Below, one piece after another: positions 33,783-43,430 of a DNA stretch of 57,952 bases. Under the pieces are notes generated by a model, which worked only from the letters and a program-made list of their open reading frames with translations, was not told where the DNA came from and searched no databases. Source of the DNA: a virus (taxonomy: Duplodnaviria > Caudoviricetes); the IMG/VR virus record IMGVR_UViG_3300034109_000966, positions 1-57,952 of that record; one strand, 5' to 3'. The stretch's first letter is position 1. The number at the start of each line of letters is the position of its first letter. The position numbers and the translations under genes were made by a program.

Positions 33783-35001
33783 CTTCATCGTGCCGGTCAT
33801 CGGCGACGCGCACTTCAAGAGCGACGCGCGCCAGGAAGACCGCCTGCGGTCGGTCGACCAGATCATCGACGAGTGTTTCCCAGAGCCCGTGGGGTTCTGG
33901 GCCATCCCAGGCGACCTGTTCGACGGGATTTCAGACGTGGCGTCGCGCAATGCGTGGCTCGATCGCGTGAAGCGCATGAAAGCGAAAGCGCCTGTCGTGA
34001 TCTGCTACGGGAACCACGACCGAGATGGCGACCTATACTACCTCGCCGACAGCAAGTTCTTCACGAATTCGTACCCGGTGTACGTGCTGGACCGTCCGAC
34101 GACGTTCGATCTCGTGACCCCGCAGCTGTTCAGCGTGCGGGTCTTCGCGTTGCCCTACCCGCATCCGTCAGGTCTGGTCGCCGACGGGACGCCGCCGGAC
34201 GCGGTGGTCGCGACGGCTGCCGCGATGCTCGACGTGATCTTCATGGACGCCGGAGCGAAGCTGATGCAGGCGGAAGCGTTGTGCCTGCCGACGCTGATGA
34301 TCGGCCACGCGAACGTCAGCGGCAGCCGAATGTCGACGGGCCAGCCGCTGATCGGCAAGGAGATCGAGCTCGACGCCGGCATGCTGCAACGCCTAGGGAG
34401 TTGCCCGAAGATTCTGAACCACATCCACTTCCCACAAGAGATCGGCGGTGCGGTGGAAGTCGGGTCCGTCACGGCGATGTCGTGGGGCGAGGTCGAACCG
34501 AAGCGCTACATCAAGGTGATCTACGGCCACGACAGCCTGCGATGGACGTGGACGTGGGACGTCGTGTCTGTGCCGCTGCGCACGCCTCGGCTCGTGCACG
34601 TGAACGCGACGTTCGACAACCTGTCGTTTGAGTACGACATCCAGCCGTCCGACGTGCCTCCGCAGTCTGACGTCCGCGTCCGGATCACGTTCAAGGAGTC
34701 GGAACGGCTGTTCTACGAGCATGGGCGCGGTCAAGTCCTCGATGCGTTCGTGCACGCCAGGCGCGTCTTCTTGGACCCGATCTGCGAAGCCGACACGGGC
34801 TTGCGGTCGCCAGAAGTCGCGGCCGCGGTGACGCTGGTCGAGAAGATCGAAGCCTGGGCGCATGTCGTCGGGCTGCAGGTGCCGGACATCGCGTCGGCTG
34901 TGGCGGAACTCGAGACAAAGACGCCAGACGAAGTCGTGCTGGCCTGTGAGCGCCGGTTGGACGCGCTGATGAAAGGGACCGATGGGTCGATTGAAAGCTG
35001 A
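33766..35001 (+). CDS. sbcD: SbcD/Mre11-like metallophosphoesterase nuclease
   Basis: GDAH, GDLFD, GNHD, GH, NHIH motifs; close to the SbcC gene. Confidence 0.85.
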   Translation: MPPMVSFIVPVIGDAHFKSDARQEDRLRSVDQIIDECFPEPVGFWAIPGDLFDGISDVASRNAWLDRVKRMKAKAPVVICYGNHDRDGDLYYLADSKFFTNSYPVYVLDRPTTFDLVTPQLFSVRVFALPYPHPSGLVADGTPPDAVVATAAAMLDVIFMDAGAKLMQAEALCLPTLMIGHANVSGSRMSTGQPLIGKEIELDAGMLQRLGSCPKILNHIHFPQEIGGAVEVGSVTAMSWGEVEPKRYIKVIYGHDSLRWTWTWDVVSVPLRTPRLVHVNATFDNLSFEYDIQPSDVPPQSDVRVRITFKESERLFYEHGRGQVLDAFVHARRVFLDPICEADTGLRSPEVAAAVTLVEKIEAWAHVVGLQVPDIASAVAELETKTPDEVVLACERRLDALMKGTDGSIES

Positions 35002-35215
35002 TTCGGTCGCCGACGCGACGGACGCCGTCGACGAAATGGAACGTGCGGTCTTCCACTTGCGCTCCGCCACAGCGGCGGCAGCGTTGGCGGATGCGCCGAT
35101 GCTGCTGAAGAAGTTGAAAGGGATCAAGAAGTCTGCCGCTGGCGCATTGAACCACGCGCGCCATCGGCTGTCTCGGACGAAGCGCAACCGCCCGATGAAT
35201 CGTCGAGGTGCCTGA
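34982..35215 (+). CDS. Hypothetical protein
   Basis: Packed ORF. Confidence 0.5.
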   Translation: MGRLKADSVADATDAVDEMERAVFHLRSATAAAALADAPMLLKKLKGIKKSAAGALNHARHRLSRTKRNRPMNRRGA

Positions 35216-35544
35216 TGGAAACCCAGGAACGAGAACTCCGCGCTGCAGCGTTGCTGCGGCACAACGCCGTGCTGAAGACCAGGTCTCCGAAAGAGACGTC
35301 TGCGCATCTGGGCTCGTACCAGCTGGAGCATGAAGACTTCAGCTTGTTCGGCCATGACTCGGATGAACTGCTCGTGTTGGGCTGCGAGATGCTCGGGATC
35401 GTCGGCTACTTCGTCTACATGCGTCGCGTCACGACGTACCGCGTGTTCGAATCCAGCGCCGAAAACGCGCAGGACGCGTTCTTCGATGACAACGCGGTCG
35501 AAATCGATTCTGAGACAGTTGCCTGCGACGTGGAAACCGAATAG
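35215..35544 (+). CDS. Hypothetical protein
   Basis: GAGGT RBS; TGATG coupling. Confidence 0.55.
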   Translation: METQERELRAAALLRHNAVLKTRSPKETSAHLGSYQLEHEDFSLFGHDSDELLVLGCEMLGIVGYFVYMRRVTTYRVFESSAENAQDAFFDDNAVEIDSETVACDVETE

Positions 35545-35640
35545 CGGTGCTAGACTGACCGGGCTGGGCCTGACGCTACCCGGTACGCCGCGTTCCGTGC
35601 AATTCCGCACGGGCGCGGCGTTCGTCGTTGTGGAGCTTGT

Positions 35641-37887
35641 ATGAAATTGTTGAGAGTCGCGTACGCGAAGATGTGCGGCTTCGCCGGCGGAGAACTGGAC
35701 CTGCGACAGATCGGTCCTGGACTCGTCACGCTGGCCGGACCGAACTGGAACGGGAAGACGACGCTGCTCGAACTGCCGTTGGCGGTGTTCTACCGAGAAT
35801 GGGCGAGCCGCACCACGAACGACGTCGCGCACTGGGCCGATGCGCGCGATAGTTGGGTCGAAGCCGACTTCGACGTTGAAGGCGCAGTGTATCGGGCGCG
35901 GGTGAACATCGACGGCACGACGAGGAAGTCGCAGGCCGTGCTGATGCGCCAAGGCGCCGACGGCTGGTCGCTGCTGACCGACGGGAAAGTCTCCACGTAC
36001 GACGACGCGATGGCGACGCTCGTCCCGCCGAAGGACGCGCTGCTCTGCTCGCAGTTCGCGGCGCAGAACCGCGCCGGGTCGCTGACGGGCGCCTCGCGGT
36101 CGAACCGGAAGGACTTGTTCCTGTACTTCTTGTGGCTCGACCGCTACGTGCCGATGGCAGATGCGTCGAAGCAGTGCGCGCAAACCGTGTTGCGGACGTC
36201 GTCGGCCGTGCGTACCAAGATCGAGACGCTGCTCGGAGAATGCACCGATGAACGTCGGGATACGCTGCAGGCGCAGCATGCGGAGAAGCGCAGCCGATAC
36301 GACCACCTGTCCGTCGCGCGTGGGTTTCTGGAAGAAGAGCTTGCAGACGCCATCAGCGCGCGCTTCGCGATCGGCGACGCGGTCGCGCAGTACCTCGACG
36401 TCTCGGAGCGCCTGACGTCGATTGTGGCGCGACAGCAGTCGGTCTTTGCGTCGCTGAAGGCGCTGCCGTCGCAACGGGACCGGATCACCGCTGACTACCA
36501 CGCTGATGCGTCTCGAGACCGGGCCCGCGTGGCGAAGCGGACCGCCGTCTTGGTAGAGAAAATCGAGCAGTTCAACGCGCTCGTCGGCAACGTCGACGTG
36601 CTGCGCGCACAGGCGAAAGAGAAGCACGACCTAGTCGTCTTGCGCGCGGAATACTCGTCGTCGCTCGAAACGCTGCGCTTCGAAGAGTTCGAACTCAATG
36701 CTCGACTGCAGGACGCGCGTCTTGCGGACACCGTGAGCGTGGTGCCGTGCGGCGGGCGGGAGCCGTACGACCAGTGCGGCTTCTTGACGGAAGCGGTCGC
36801 CGCGCTGGGGCGCCTGGAAGGCCGTACGGCGCCCGACCTCGAGGCAAGGCTCTTGGGCTCGCAGGAAGAATCCGTGTCGCTCCTGGCCCGCCGTAGCGCC
36901 GTAGACGACCGCCTGAAGGCGCTGTCGCACGTCGACTTCGATCTGGCGAACGCGGAGGTGGCCACGGAACGGCTTGCCGGCCATGAATGGGAGCTCGCGA
37001 ATGCCCGCGAAGAACACGAACTGCACATGGCGTCGTTGGCCACGAGGAAAGACGAACGCCTGACCGAGCTCGAAGACGAACTCGACAAGTTGCGAGAAGA
37101 AGAAGACGCGCTCCTCGCCGAGGAAGCAGCCTGCCGGCGCGACGTCGACGTGCACCACGCGGCCTACCAGCGCGCGCTCGTACTCGACGCGTCGATCACG
37201 AAAGTGAAAGAAGACCTGGCGACGACGAACCAGGAAATGGCGGTATTGACGACAGAAATCGACGTGCTGGTCGAGCAGTTGGCGGCGTGGTCCGAGAAGC
37301 GCGCAGCCGTCGATCGCTTGCAGCCGAAGCTGCAGGTGCTCGACGACGAGCTCCGGCTGTACACGTTCTTGGCGAAGGCGCTGCACCGAGACGGACTCCC
37401 GACGCTGGAAATTGCGGCCGCGGCGCCGGCGATCAGCCAGTTGACGACGGACCTGCTCGAGCACAGTGGGTTTGGCACCAGGTTCCGCGTGGACGTGACG
37501 ACGCTCGTGCCGACGGCAGACGGCAAGGACATGAAGGAAGACTTCGCGATTCGGGTCTACGACAACGAGCGCGGCAAGGACATCAAGGACATCGGCGACT
37601 TGTCGGGCGGTGAGCGCATTCTTGTCGAAGAAGCGCTGCGCGCGGCGTTGACTATCTACATGGCATCGAGGCACACTCATCGCGTCCGGACCTGTTGGCG
37701 GGACGAAACGACGGGCCCGCTCGATGCGGAGAACCGTCCGCGCTACATCGCGATGCTGCGACGTCTGCGTGCACTGGGCGGCTACGATCACGTCATCTAC
37801 GTCTCGCACGCGGATGATTCGATCGATGCTGCCGATACGGTGGTGGACGTCCGTCGAGGTGCGGCGACGATTCGGAGGACGGGATGA
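35641..37887 (+). CDS. sbcC: SbcC/Rad50-like SMC ATPase
   Basis: GPNWNGKTT, Q-loop, coiled coils with central PC...C hook, LSGGE, DETTGPLD, VSH. Confidence 0.9.
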   Translation: MKLLRVAYAKMCGFAGGELDLRQIGPGLVTLAGPNWNGKTTLLELPLAVFYREWASRTTNDVAHWADARDSWVEADFDVEGAVYRARVNIDGTTRKSQAVLMRQGADGWSLLTDGKVSTYDDAMATLVPPKDALLCSQFAAQNRAGSLTGASRSNRKDLFLYFLWLDRYVPMADASKQCAQTVLRTSSAVRTKIETLLGECTDERRDTLQAQHAEKRSRYDHLSVARGFLEEELADAISARFAIGDAVAQYLDVSERLTSIVARQQSVFASLKALPSQRDRITADYHADASRDRARVAKRTAVLVEKIEQFNALVGNVDVLRAQAKEKHDLVVLRAEYSSSLETLRFEEFELNARLQDARLADTVSVVPCGGREPYDQCGFLTEAVAALGRLEGRTAPDLEARLLGSQEESVSLLARRSAVDDRLKALSHVDFDLANAEVATERLAGHEWELANAREEHELHMASLATRKDERLTELEDELDKLREEEDALLAEEAACRRDVDVHHAAYQRALVLDASITKVKEDLATTNQEMAVLTTEIDVLVEQLAAWSEKRAAVDRLQPKLQVLDDELRLYTFLAKALHRDGLPTLEIAAAAPAISQLTTDLLEHSGFGTRFRVDVTTLVPTADGKDMKEDFAIRVYDNERGKDIKDIGDLSGGERILVEEALRAALTIYMASRHTHRVRTCWRDETTGPLDAENRPRYIAMLRRLRALGGYDHVIYVSHADDSIDAADTVVDVRRGAATIRRTG

Positions 37888-38141
37888 GTGTTCCGCACAC
37901 GTCGGTGATCCGCGTAGGCATCATCAACGGAGAAGTGCAAGTCGTCTGCCAGTGTGATCACTGCGACGTGTTCGAAATTCGTGTGCCCGTCGAGCACATG
38001 GCGACCGTCTCGAACGCGTTGGCGGAAGCGGCGCGTCAGTTCGGGCTGACCAGCCAGATCGAAACGCTGACGACGACGACCCATCAAGCCTCGGCCGACG
38101 AATACATGTCGGTCATGCAGGGCAAGTCACGCACGCACTAG
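37884..38141 (+). CDS. Hypothetical protein with CxCxxC
   Basis: GGAGG RBS; ATGA overlap. Confidence 0.55.
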   Translation: MSVPHTSVIRVGIINGEVQVVCQCDHCDVFEIRVPVEHMATVSNALAEAARQFGLTSQIETLTTTTHQASADEYMSVMQGKSRTH

Positions 38142-38590
38142 GGGACCGCGCAGCTGACGGCCCTACATCTTGTGGTTGAAGTAGGAGGACGTCGACATTA
38201 CGCTCGGTGCTCCAAATTGAAAAGCCGGCTGGGGTTCGAGGCCCCGAGCCGGCTAGGTGACACGCGGCAGCTACGCGACGAGTCGTCTGCAAGTGTACGA
38301 CCCGCCTGAATAACCTGTCCACCACAATCTCGCACTGCCCCTTGGACGCACCGCACCAGCGGGGGGTAGTGGTTCGGCCGTGAGCACTGGGGGATCGTGC
38401 CGCTCACAGCGTAGGCGGGTTAGGACGCGCACGGGTGCCGTGGTTGGCCACGGTCTCAAGCCTGACCATGTGGATGTCGCACGCCAACTTGGCGACGTCT
38501 GCCCTGTGAAGCGGCTGAGCCGTCGTGGCCATGACCGTGGGCAGGAGCCGACCCTCTTAGGGGTCGTGCTCTGCCTGCTCGCAACTAACC
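38142..38590 (+). ncRNA. Candidate structured non-coding RNA or leader
   Basis: About 450 nt without a credible ORF; several stems (AGCCGGCT/GGGG-TTCGAGG-CCCC; GTGAGC/GCTCAC; CGACCC/GGGTCG). Confidence 0.35.
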
Positions 38591-38608
38591 TTCGAAGCCA
38601 TAACGCTT

Positions 38609-39109
38609 ATGAAAGCACTTAGTAGAGGTATAGCTGCACTACAGAAGTCTCAGAGATATGCCACAGCACTGCGTGATGCGGCGACTTCTTCTGAGAAGGA
38701 GATGTGCCGTCTTCTGGACCTCTCGAAGATCAGCTACGTCTTCCAGTCGAACATGTGCGACATGACGTCCGGCACAGTGTTCATCGCGGACTTCAAGATC
38801 AAGCGCGTCCCGCCGAAGCGCCCGTCAGGCATGCCGAGGAAACAGTGGGAACGCGAGCGCGATCACCGGAAACTCTTCGTTGAAATCGACGGCACGTCTC
38901 ACGTAGGACGTGCCGTCTACGACAAGAAGCGCACGCGCTGGATGGAGTCGCATCGGAATGCTGTTGTCTTGCGGTTCTCGAACGACGATGTCTGGACGCG
39001 ACCGAGTTACGTCCTCGAAGAAATCGAGAAATACTCTCCAGCGAGAAAAACCGTGAACGTCTCGTCGACGAGCCTGTCCCCTAGGCTCATCAAGAGTAGG
39101 CGTGTATGA
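38609..39109 (+). CDS. DUF559/Vsr-like endonuclease
   Basis: A..LR...T.SE, FIADF, VEIDGTSH, D..R, VLRFSN. Confidence 0.85.
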   Translation: MKALSRGIAALQKSQRYATALRDAATSSEKEMCRLLDLSKISYVFQSNMCDMTSGTVFIADFKIKRVPPKRPSGMPRKQWERERDHRKLFVEIDGTSHVGRAVYDKKRTRWMESHRNAVVLRFSNDDVWTRPSYVLEEIEKYSPARKTVNVSSTSLSPRLIKSRRV

Positions 39110-39693
39110 CCGTCGATTTGCAGGCACTGTATGCGCTCGCTGACAGCGCGCACGTGGTCTTCTCGCACCGAAAGTTCTCGACCATGTCTTCGTCGGCGCT
39201 CGGCGTCTGGATGCGGATGCTGGTCTACCTCCGCATCGAACGACGCGAAGCTGTCCCCGATGCCCTCATCAGGAAGTGGAAGGGCGCCCGCGCGCTGGCA
39301 GAACTCGAGCAGCTGGCGCTGATTCGGAAAGTTCAAGGCGGGTATCGGATGCGGAGCCTGGATTCACCGGTGGAATCACCGGCGACGCCGGTCGCAAGCG
39401 TCGACGATGCCGTGATGACGTTCCCGGTCGTTGGCGACGAGAAGGAATGGACGCTGACGCGTGACCTCGTGAAGATCATGGAAGAAGCGTACCCCATCGA
39501 TGTGCACGAACAGTTGCGGTTGGCGAAGGGGTGGCTGGAACTGAACCCTAGCCGGCGAAAGACGGCTAGGGGGATGCCGCGGTTCCTGTCGGCGTGGATG
39601 ATGAACACGATCGACCGGAGAAAGGCGACGCGTGTGGGCACGGGTCGCACGGGAGCCACGCAAGGGAAGTACGCGAAGGTGCACGATGAATAA
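39106..39693 (+). CDS. Putative replication initiator/replisome organiser
   Basis: YP.DV..QL...W...NP.RRKT.RGM.RFL..W; directly upstream of the DnaC-like loader. Confidence 0.6.
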   Translation: MTVDLQALYALADSAHVVFSHRKFSTMSSSALGVWMRMLVYLRIERREAVPDALIRKWKGARALAELEQLALIRKVQGGYRMRSLDSPVESPATPVASVDDAVMTFPVVGDEKEWTLTRDLVKIMEEAYPIDVHEQLRLAKGWLELNPSRRKTARGMPRFLSAWMMNTIDRRKATRVGTGRTGATQGKYAKVHDE

Positions 39694-40414
39694 GAAGCCG
39701 ATGATGTCTGCGTCTCAGGTGATCTCGTCGCTCAAGGCGCGCGTTGATGCGTTGAAGCTCTCGGAAGAGTCGCCCGTCGCGTGCGAGAAGTGCGGCGACA
39801 GTAAGTGGGTCGAGACGGCGCTCGGATACGTTCGCTGTGAATGCTTCGGCGGAGCCGTCGATGCGTTCGCGCCAACCGTGCCGGCAGAGTTCAAGCACGC
39901 GCTGCTGTCGAACTACGAGAAGCTGCCTGGTAACGAGAAAGCCATCGCGGCTGCGTCGGGGTTCCTGAAAGCTGAATCAGGCGACATGTATCTCTTCGGC
40001 GGTGTCGGGTCCGGGAAGTCGCGACTCGCGGCATCCGTGCTGAACGAGTACTGGCGGACGAGACGCACCGGCGTCTTCTTTCGTGTGCCGAAGCTGTTGC
40101 ACGACTTGTCGCCAGCGGTGCCAGACGAAACACGTGACTGGACGTTGTCGCACGTCACCACGACGAAACTCGTTGTGCTCGACGACGTTGGCGCTGAACG
40201 CGATGTCGCCACAGACTACACGAGGCGCACGTTGCTGATGATCTACGAAGACCGCGGAGATCGCGGCCTGCGCACGATCTGGACGTCGAATAAGCACCTC
40301 GACGACTTGGCGACGATGCTCGAAGACGACCGCCTGACGTCGCGTATCGCAGGACGATCCGACGTCGTCTACGTGAAGACTTCAGATCAGCGGATGGCGA
40401 GGCGCCGGCGATGA
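39686..40414 (+). CDS. DnaC/IstB-like helicase loader
   Basis: CEKC...CEC zinc site; GGVGSGKS; VVLDDVGAE; TIWTSN; R..SRI. Confidence 0.85.
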   Translation: MNKKPMMSASQVISSLKARVDALKLSEESPVACEKCGDSKWVETALGYVRCECFGGAVDAFAPTVPAEFKHALLSNYEKLPGNEKAIAAASGFLKAESGDMYLFGGVGSGKSRLAASVLNEYWRTRRTGVFFRVPKLLHDLSPAVPDETRDWTLSHVTTTKLVVLDDVGAERDVATDYTRRTLLMIYEDRGDRGLRTIWTSNKHLDDLATMLEDDRLTSRIAGRSDVVYVKTSDQRMARRRR

Positions 40415-40836
40415 GCAAGATGACGATCGAATTTCAGAAAATGATGGACGAGCTTCGCGGGAAGAAGCCATCGCTGACGATCAAGCAGGAAAAGACAGAA
40501 AAGCGCGCAGGACATCGAGATGTCGTCAGCGACGTTCGGGCGAAAGTCTTCGAACTCGACAGAGCGTGCATCTGCGGCAAGTGCCCGCCGTCCGACACCG
40601 ACGAGATGCACGAGCTCGAATCGCGCGCGAAGACGCGTGGTCGCCCGCCAGAAGAACGATTCTCGACGAAGAACTGCGTCCGCCTGAGCCGCAAGTGCCA
40701 CCTCGAGACGACAGGCGACATCGGACGAGGGCGCACGCTCGACATCCAGGTTCTTGACCCTGAGAAGGGTGCAGACGGGAAACTTATGCTGATGTTCAAG
40801 AACGGGCGTCTCGCTTTCTACGAGAGAAAGGCATGA
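40411..40836 (+). CDS. HNH-like endonuclease
   Basis: VF..D..CICG...EMHE...NCV.L..KCH. Confidence 0.6.
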   Translation: MSKMTIEFQKMMDELRGKKPSLTIKQEKTEKRAGHRDVVSDVRAKVFELDRACICGKCPPSDTDEMHELESRAKTRGRPPEERFSTKNCVRLSRKCHLETTGDIGRGRTLDIQVLDPEKGADGKLMLMFKNGRLAFYERKA

Positions 40837-41300
40837 ACCTTCCTCGCCATGTTGAAGACATCGTCGCATGGATCGGCCGAGAAGCGAGGCGTATTTGGCC
40901 TAGTTCAGATTTCCGAGCGTTTGAGCTTCCTACGGCTAGGGCCGTCGCGTTTGAATTGAGAGTGCGCATGGCAGACCATCAAATTGTCCAGGCCGAGATT
41001 ACCGTGAGCGACGAAGAACTGTACGTCTCAAGAGCGAGCAGAGACGCGATGATGAAAGTCATCGAAGAACAGCTGTTCCATGAAATAGAAGAGCGCATCT
41101 ACTACGCGTCGATGCCGTTCAGCAAGTCGAATTATCGAGCGTTTGAGCACAGAGTGTCTCGGCAGTCCATGTCCGAGAACTGGTGGGAAAGCCCGACTCA
41201 GAAGATCGACGCTCCGTACCAGTCGCTGAAACAAGAAGTAGCAGTCGAAGCCAAGAGCGACGTGCCGCGGTGGTTCCGGAAGATCGACCTCGACGACTAG
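40833..41300 (+). CDS. Hypothetical protein
   Basis: ATGA overlap. Confidence 0.55.
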   Translation: MNLPRHVEDIVAWIGREARRIWPSSDFRAFELPTARAVAFELRVRMADHQIVQAEITVSDEELYVSRASRDAMMKVIEEQLFHEIEERIYYASMPFSKSNYRAFEHRVSRQSMSENWWESPTQKIDAPYQSLKQEVAVEAKSDVPRWFRKIDLDD

Positions 41301-41325
41301 TAGTCGCACGCATAGCATGGCGGCA
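41290..41325 (+). promoter_or_regulatory. Repeated early promoter, leaderless
   Basis: TCGACG-17-TAGCAT-GGCGGC-ATG. Confidence 0.75.
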
Positions 41326-41690
41326 TGGCACCCACCTTTGATTGGAAATTCCGCATCCCGAGAGAAGACAACCCGAACAACTACAGCACGTCGCTGCTGT
41401 GCACCGTTCGACAGATTGTTCTCGGCCTCAAGCGCCCAGTCATCCAGAAGATGCTGGAGTTCAACGCGCCATCGTCCATCCTGTGGGAAGAAATGAAAGT
41501 GTTCCACCCGGAGATGGCGCCGGTGTCGAGCAAGCCGCAGCTGGCACTGCTGAAACAGTGGGCCGACGCGAGAGTCGTTGCAGTGACTAGACAGGGAGCG
41601 AAAGCGCCGGTGTACACGATCGTGACAGATCGTGGGACCATCCAGTTCGCGCCGCGAGGGCGTTTCGGTCCGCACCTGAAAGTCGTCTAG
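41325..41690 (+). CDS. Hypothetical protein
   Basis: Starts at the predicted +1 of the repeated promoter. Confidence 0.65.
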   Translation: MAPTFDWKFRIPREDNPNNYSTSLLCTVRQIVLGLKRPVIQKMLEFNAPSSILWEEMKVFHPEMAPVSSKPQLALLKQWADARVVAVTRQGAKAPVYTIVTDRGTIQFAPRGRFGPHLKVV

Positions 41691-41693
41691 CAC

Positions 41694-41729
41694 TGGACGA
41701 CAACGGTTCGCACGCCTAGCATTGCGGCA
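41694..41729 (+). promoter_or_regulatory. Repeated early promoter, leaderless
   Basis: TGGACG-17-TAGCAT-TGCGGC-ATG. Confidence 0.8.
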
Positions 41730-41917
41730 TGTTCACACGTCCAGAATTAGCAGTTTTGCTGCAAGCGCTAGGGCTCGCTGAGCGCTACTACAAAGACAAC
41801 GGATGCCACGTTGCCGGCATGTTCCCTCCAACGGAAGACACCAGGAAAGAACGCCTTGCGTCTATCCAGCCGCTGATCGAGCGGATTATCGCCATCGAAC
41901 AGGACGGACGACGATGA
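41729..41917 (+). CDS. Hypothetical protein
   Basis: Starts at the predicted +1 of the repeated promoter. Confidence 0.6.
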   Translation: MFTRPELAVLLQALGLAERYYKDNGCHVAGMFPPTEDTRKERLASIQPLIERIIAIEQDGRR

Positions 41918-42150
41918 TTCGACATTGCCGCAAGTGCAAGAACGAGATACCGAAAATTCGACTCGACGCGCTTCCGCACACGCGCACCTGTGTCGACTGC
42001 TCAGACGTGACGGCTCCGGTCGGCCACATGTCGTGGGAACACAAGACCGCACCGATGTTCCAGATCGTGCAGCCGTCGCAGTCCGAGTGGTTCCATCGCC
42101 ATCGTCGCGTCACCGCCGGCGCGCGGTTGCCATTCAGTAGGAAATCGTAG
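41914..42150 (+). CDS. DksA/TraR-type C4 zinc-finger protein
   Basis: CRKCKNEIPKIRLDALPHTRTCVDCS. Confidence 0.8.
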   Translation: MIRHCRKCKNEIPKIRLDALPHTRTCVDCSDVTAPVGHMSWEHKTAPMFQIVQPSQSEWFHRHRRVTAGARLPFSRKS

Positions 42151-42152
42151 CC

Positions 42153-42380
42153 ATGAACGATCAGCTTGATGTAGTACGAGCGCTGCTTGCTGACGCGTCG
42201 AACGCGGTCAGCTACCTGATGGTCGAATCGGACTCGCCAGACAAAGACCGGCTGCTGGCCTACCTTGACAAGGCGATTGACGAGGCGCTCAACGCAGTCG
42301 ACGCGTGCACAGCCGACCACGACCAGATCGCCTACGACCGTCACGTCGACCAGCAGATCGACGAAGCGAGAAGGAAGTGA
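42153..42380 (+). CDS. Hypothetical protein
   Basis: Packed ORF. Confidence 0.55.
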   Translation: MNDQLDVVRALLADASNAVSYLMVESDSPDKDRLLAYLDKAIDEALNAVDACTADHDQIAYDRHVDQQIDEARRK

Positions 42381-42402
42381 TCCGCACGGTGTAGGACAGA
42401 AC

Positions 42403-42438
42403 TGGACCGACACTTGGCGCTCACTTAGCATTGCTGCA
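42403..42438 (+). promoter_or_regulatory. Repeated early promoter, leaderless
   Basis: TGGACC-17-TAGCAT-TGCTGC-ATG. Confidence 0.75.
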
Positions 42439-42665
42439 TGGCACACGTCGACATCAGAACGTACATCGACACGGACTGGACTGACGCCGTCGTCAAGAAC
42501 GGAAGCCCAGTCTACATCTCGTACGACGCGAACTCGACGAACGTCGTCGACTCCGCTACCGGGTGCGTGATCTACTCCACCAAGCGCACGCACCGTCATA
42601 AGATTCGGGCGGAAGCGTTCATCCGTCTGAACAAGCTCTCTGTCGTCAACAGCCCGGAGGCGTGA
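42438..42665 (+). CDS. Hypothetical protein
   Basis: Starts at the predicted +1 of the repeated promoter. Confidence 0.6.
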   Translation: MAHVDIRTYIDTDWTDAVVKNGSPVYISYDANSTNVVDSATGCVIYSTKRTHRHKIRAEAFIRLNKLSVVNSPEA

Positions 42666-42871
42666 TGGAAGACCGACTCATAGACGTAGAAGACGCAGTC
42701 GAAAACCTGTTCGATGTTTCGCTCGTGAAGCATTACGACTCGACGTCGGAAGACACGTTCGAAGAGTGCTTGATGTGCGGAGACTGGGAAGGGCACAAAG
42801 AAGGGTGCCCGATCCCGCCGCTCAAGAAGTGGATGAAGATGCTCGAAGCTGGAGCGACGGTGAAGCGATGA
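42662..42871 (+). CDS. Hypothetical protein with CxxC..H...C
   Basis: GGAGG RBS; CLMCG...H.EGC. Confidence 0.6.
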   Translation: MMEDRLIDVEDAVENLFDVSLVKHYDSTSEDTFEECLMCGDWEGHKEGCPIPPLKKWMKMLEAGATVKR

Positions 42872-43170
42872 ACGCACTTACGCTGATCACGATGGGCTCG
42901 CGCACGTTCTTGGCGAAGTTCGCCAAGAGAGACAACGCTGAAGGGACTGCTCCGGACTGGAGCGACCCGACGGTCGTGACGTTGGACGTCGTCTTGCGTG
43001 AGCGAGACGTCAAGGTCTTCGGTCGGCAGCATTACGCCGGAGAAATCATCCGCATCTCGGTGTATGGACTGAACTGGTGCGACTACGGGCCCGAAGATTT
43101 CGGCGCAGACAACGTGTTCGAAACCGAAGAATGGCGGATGCAGCTGCTCGAGGACAGGAGCGATGCCTAA
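42868..43170 (+). CDS. Hypothetical protein
   Basis: GGAG RBS; ATGA overlap. Confidence 0.55.
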   Translation: MNALTLITMGSRTFLAKFAKRDNAEGTAPDWSDPTVVTLDVVLRERDVKVFGRQHYAGEIIRISVYGLNWCDYGPEDFGADNVFETEEWRMQLLEDRSDA

Positions 43171-43420
43171 CTACCTTCCCGGCATCCCGCCCGCCGTGTA
43201 CGAAGTGCGGTACCGAGACCCTAACACCGGCGACGCGTGGCTCGGCGAGATAGAACCTGAATGGACAGTCGAGCGCGGCTACACGTGCCATGGGATCGTC
43301 CGGCTGCACGTGGTCGGCCAGGAAGGCGACACGTGGAGAGTCGCGACGTCGCCAGGGAGCGCGCCTCGACGCAAGTTGTACGAAGAAGCAGACGCACGCG
43401 GACTGCAAGAAGTCCGCTAG
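43163..43420 (+). CDS. Hypothetical protein
   Basis: AGGAG RBS. Confidence 0.55.
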   Translation: MPNYLPGIPPAVYEVRYRDPNTGDAWLGEIEPEWTVERGYTCHGIVRLHVVGQEGDTWRVATSPGSAPRRKLYEEADARGLQEVR

Positions 43421-43430
43421 GAGCGAGAAG

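Noticed and set aside
34393-36627. Long minus-strand ORFs (also 6760-8538, 4719-6005, 49484-50764 and others)
   Set aside because: Antisense shadows of high-GC + strand genes that have clear motifs; Arg/His-rich composition without recognisable domains
38222-38256. tRNA gene suggested by GGGGTTCGAGGCCCC
   Set aside because: Only a T-arm-like hairpin; no D arm, anticodon arm or acceptor stem with CCA could be built
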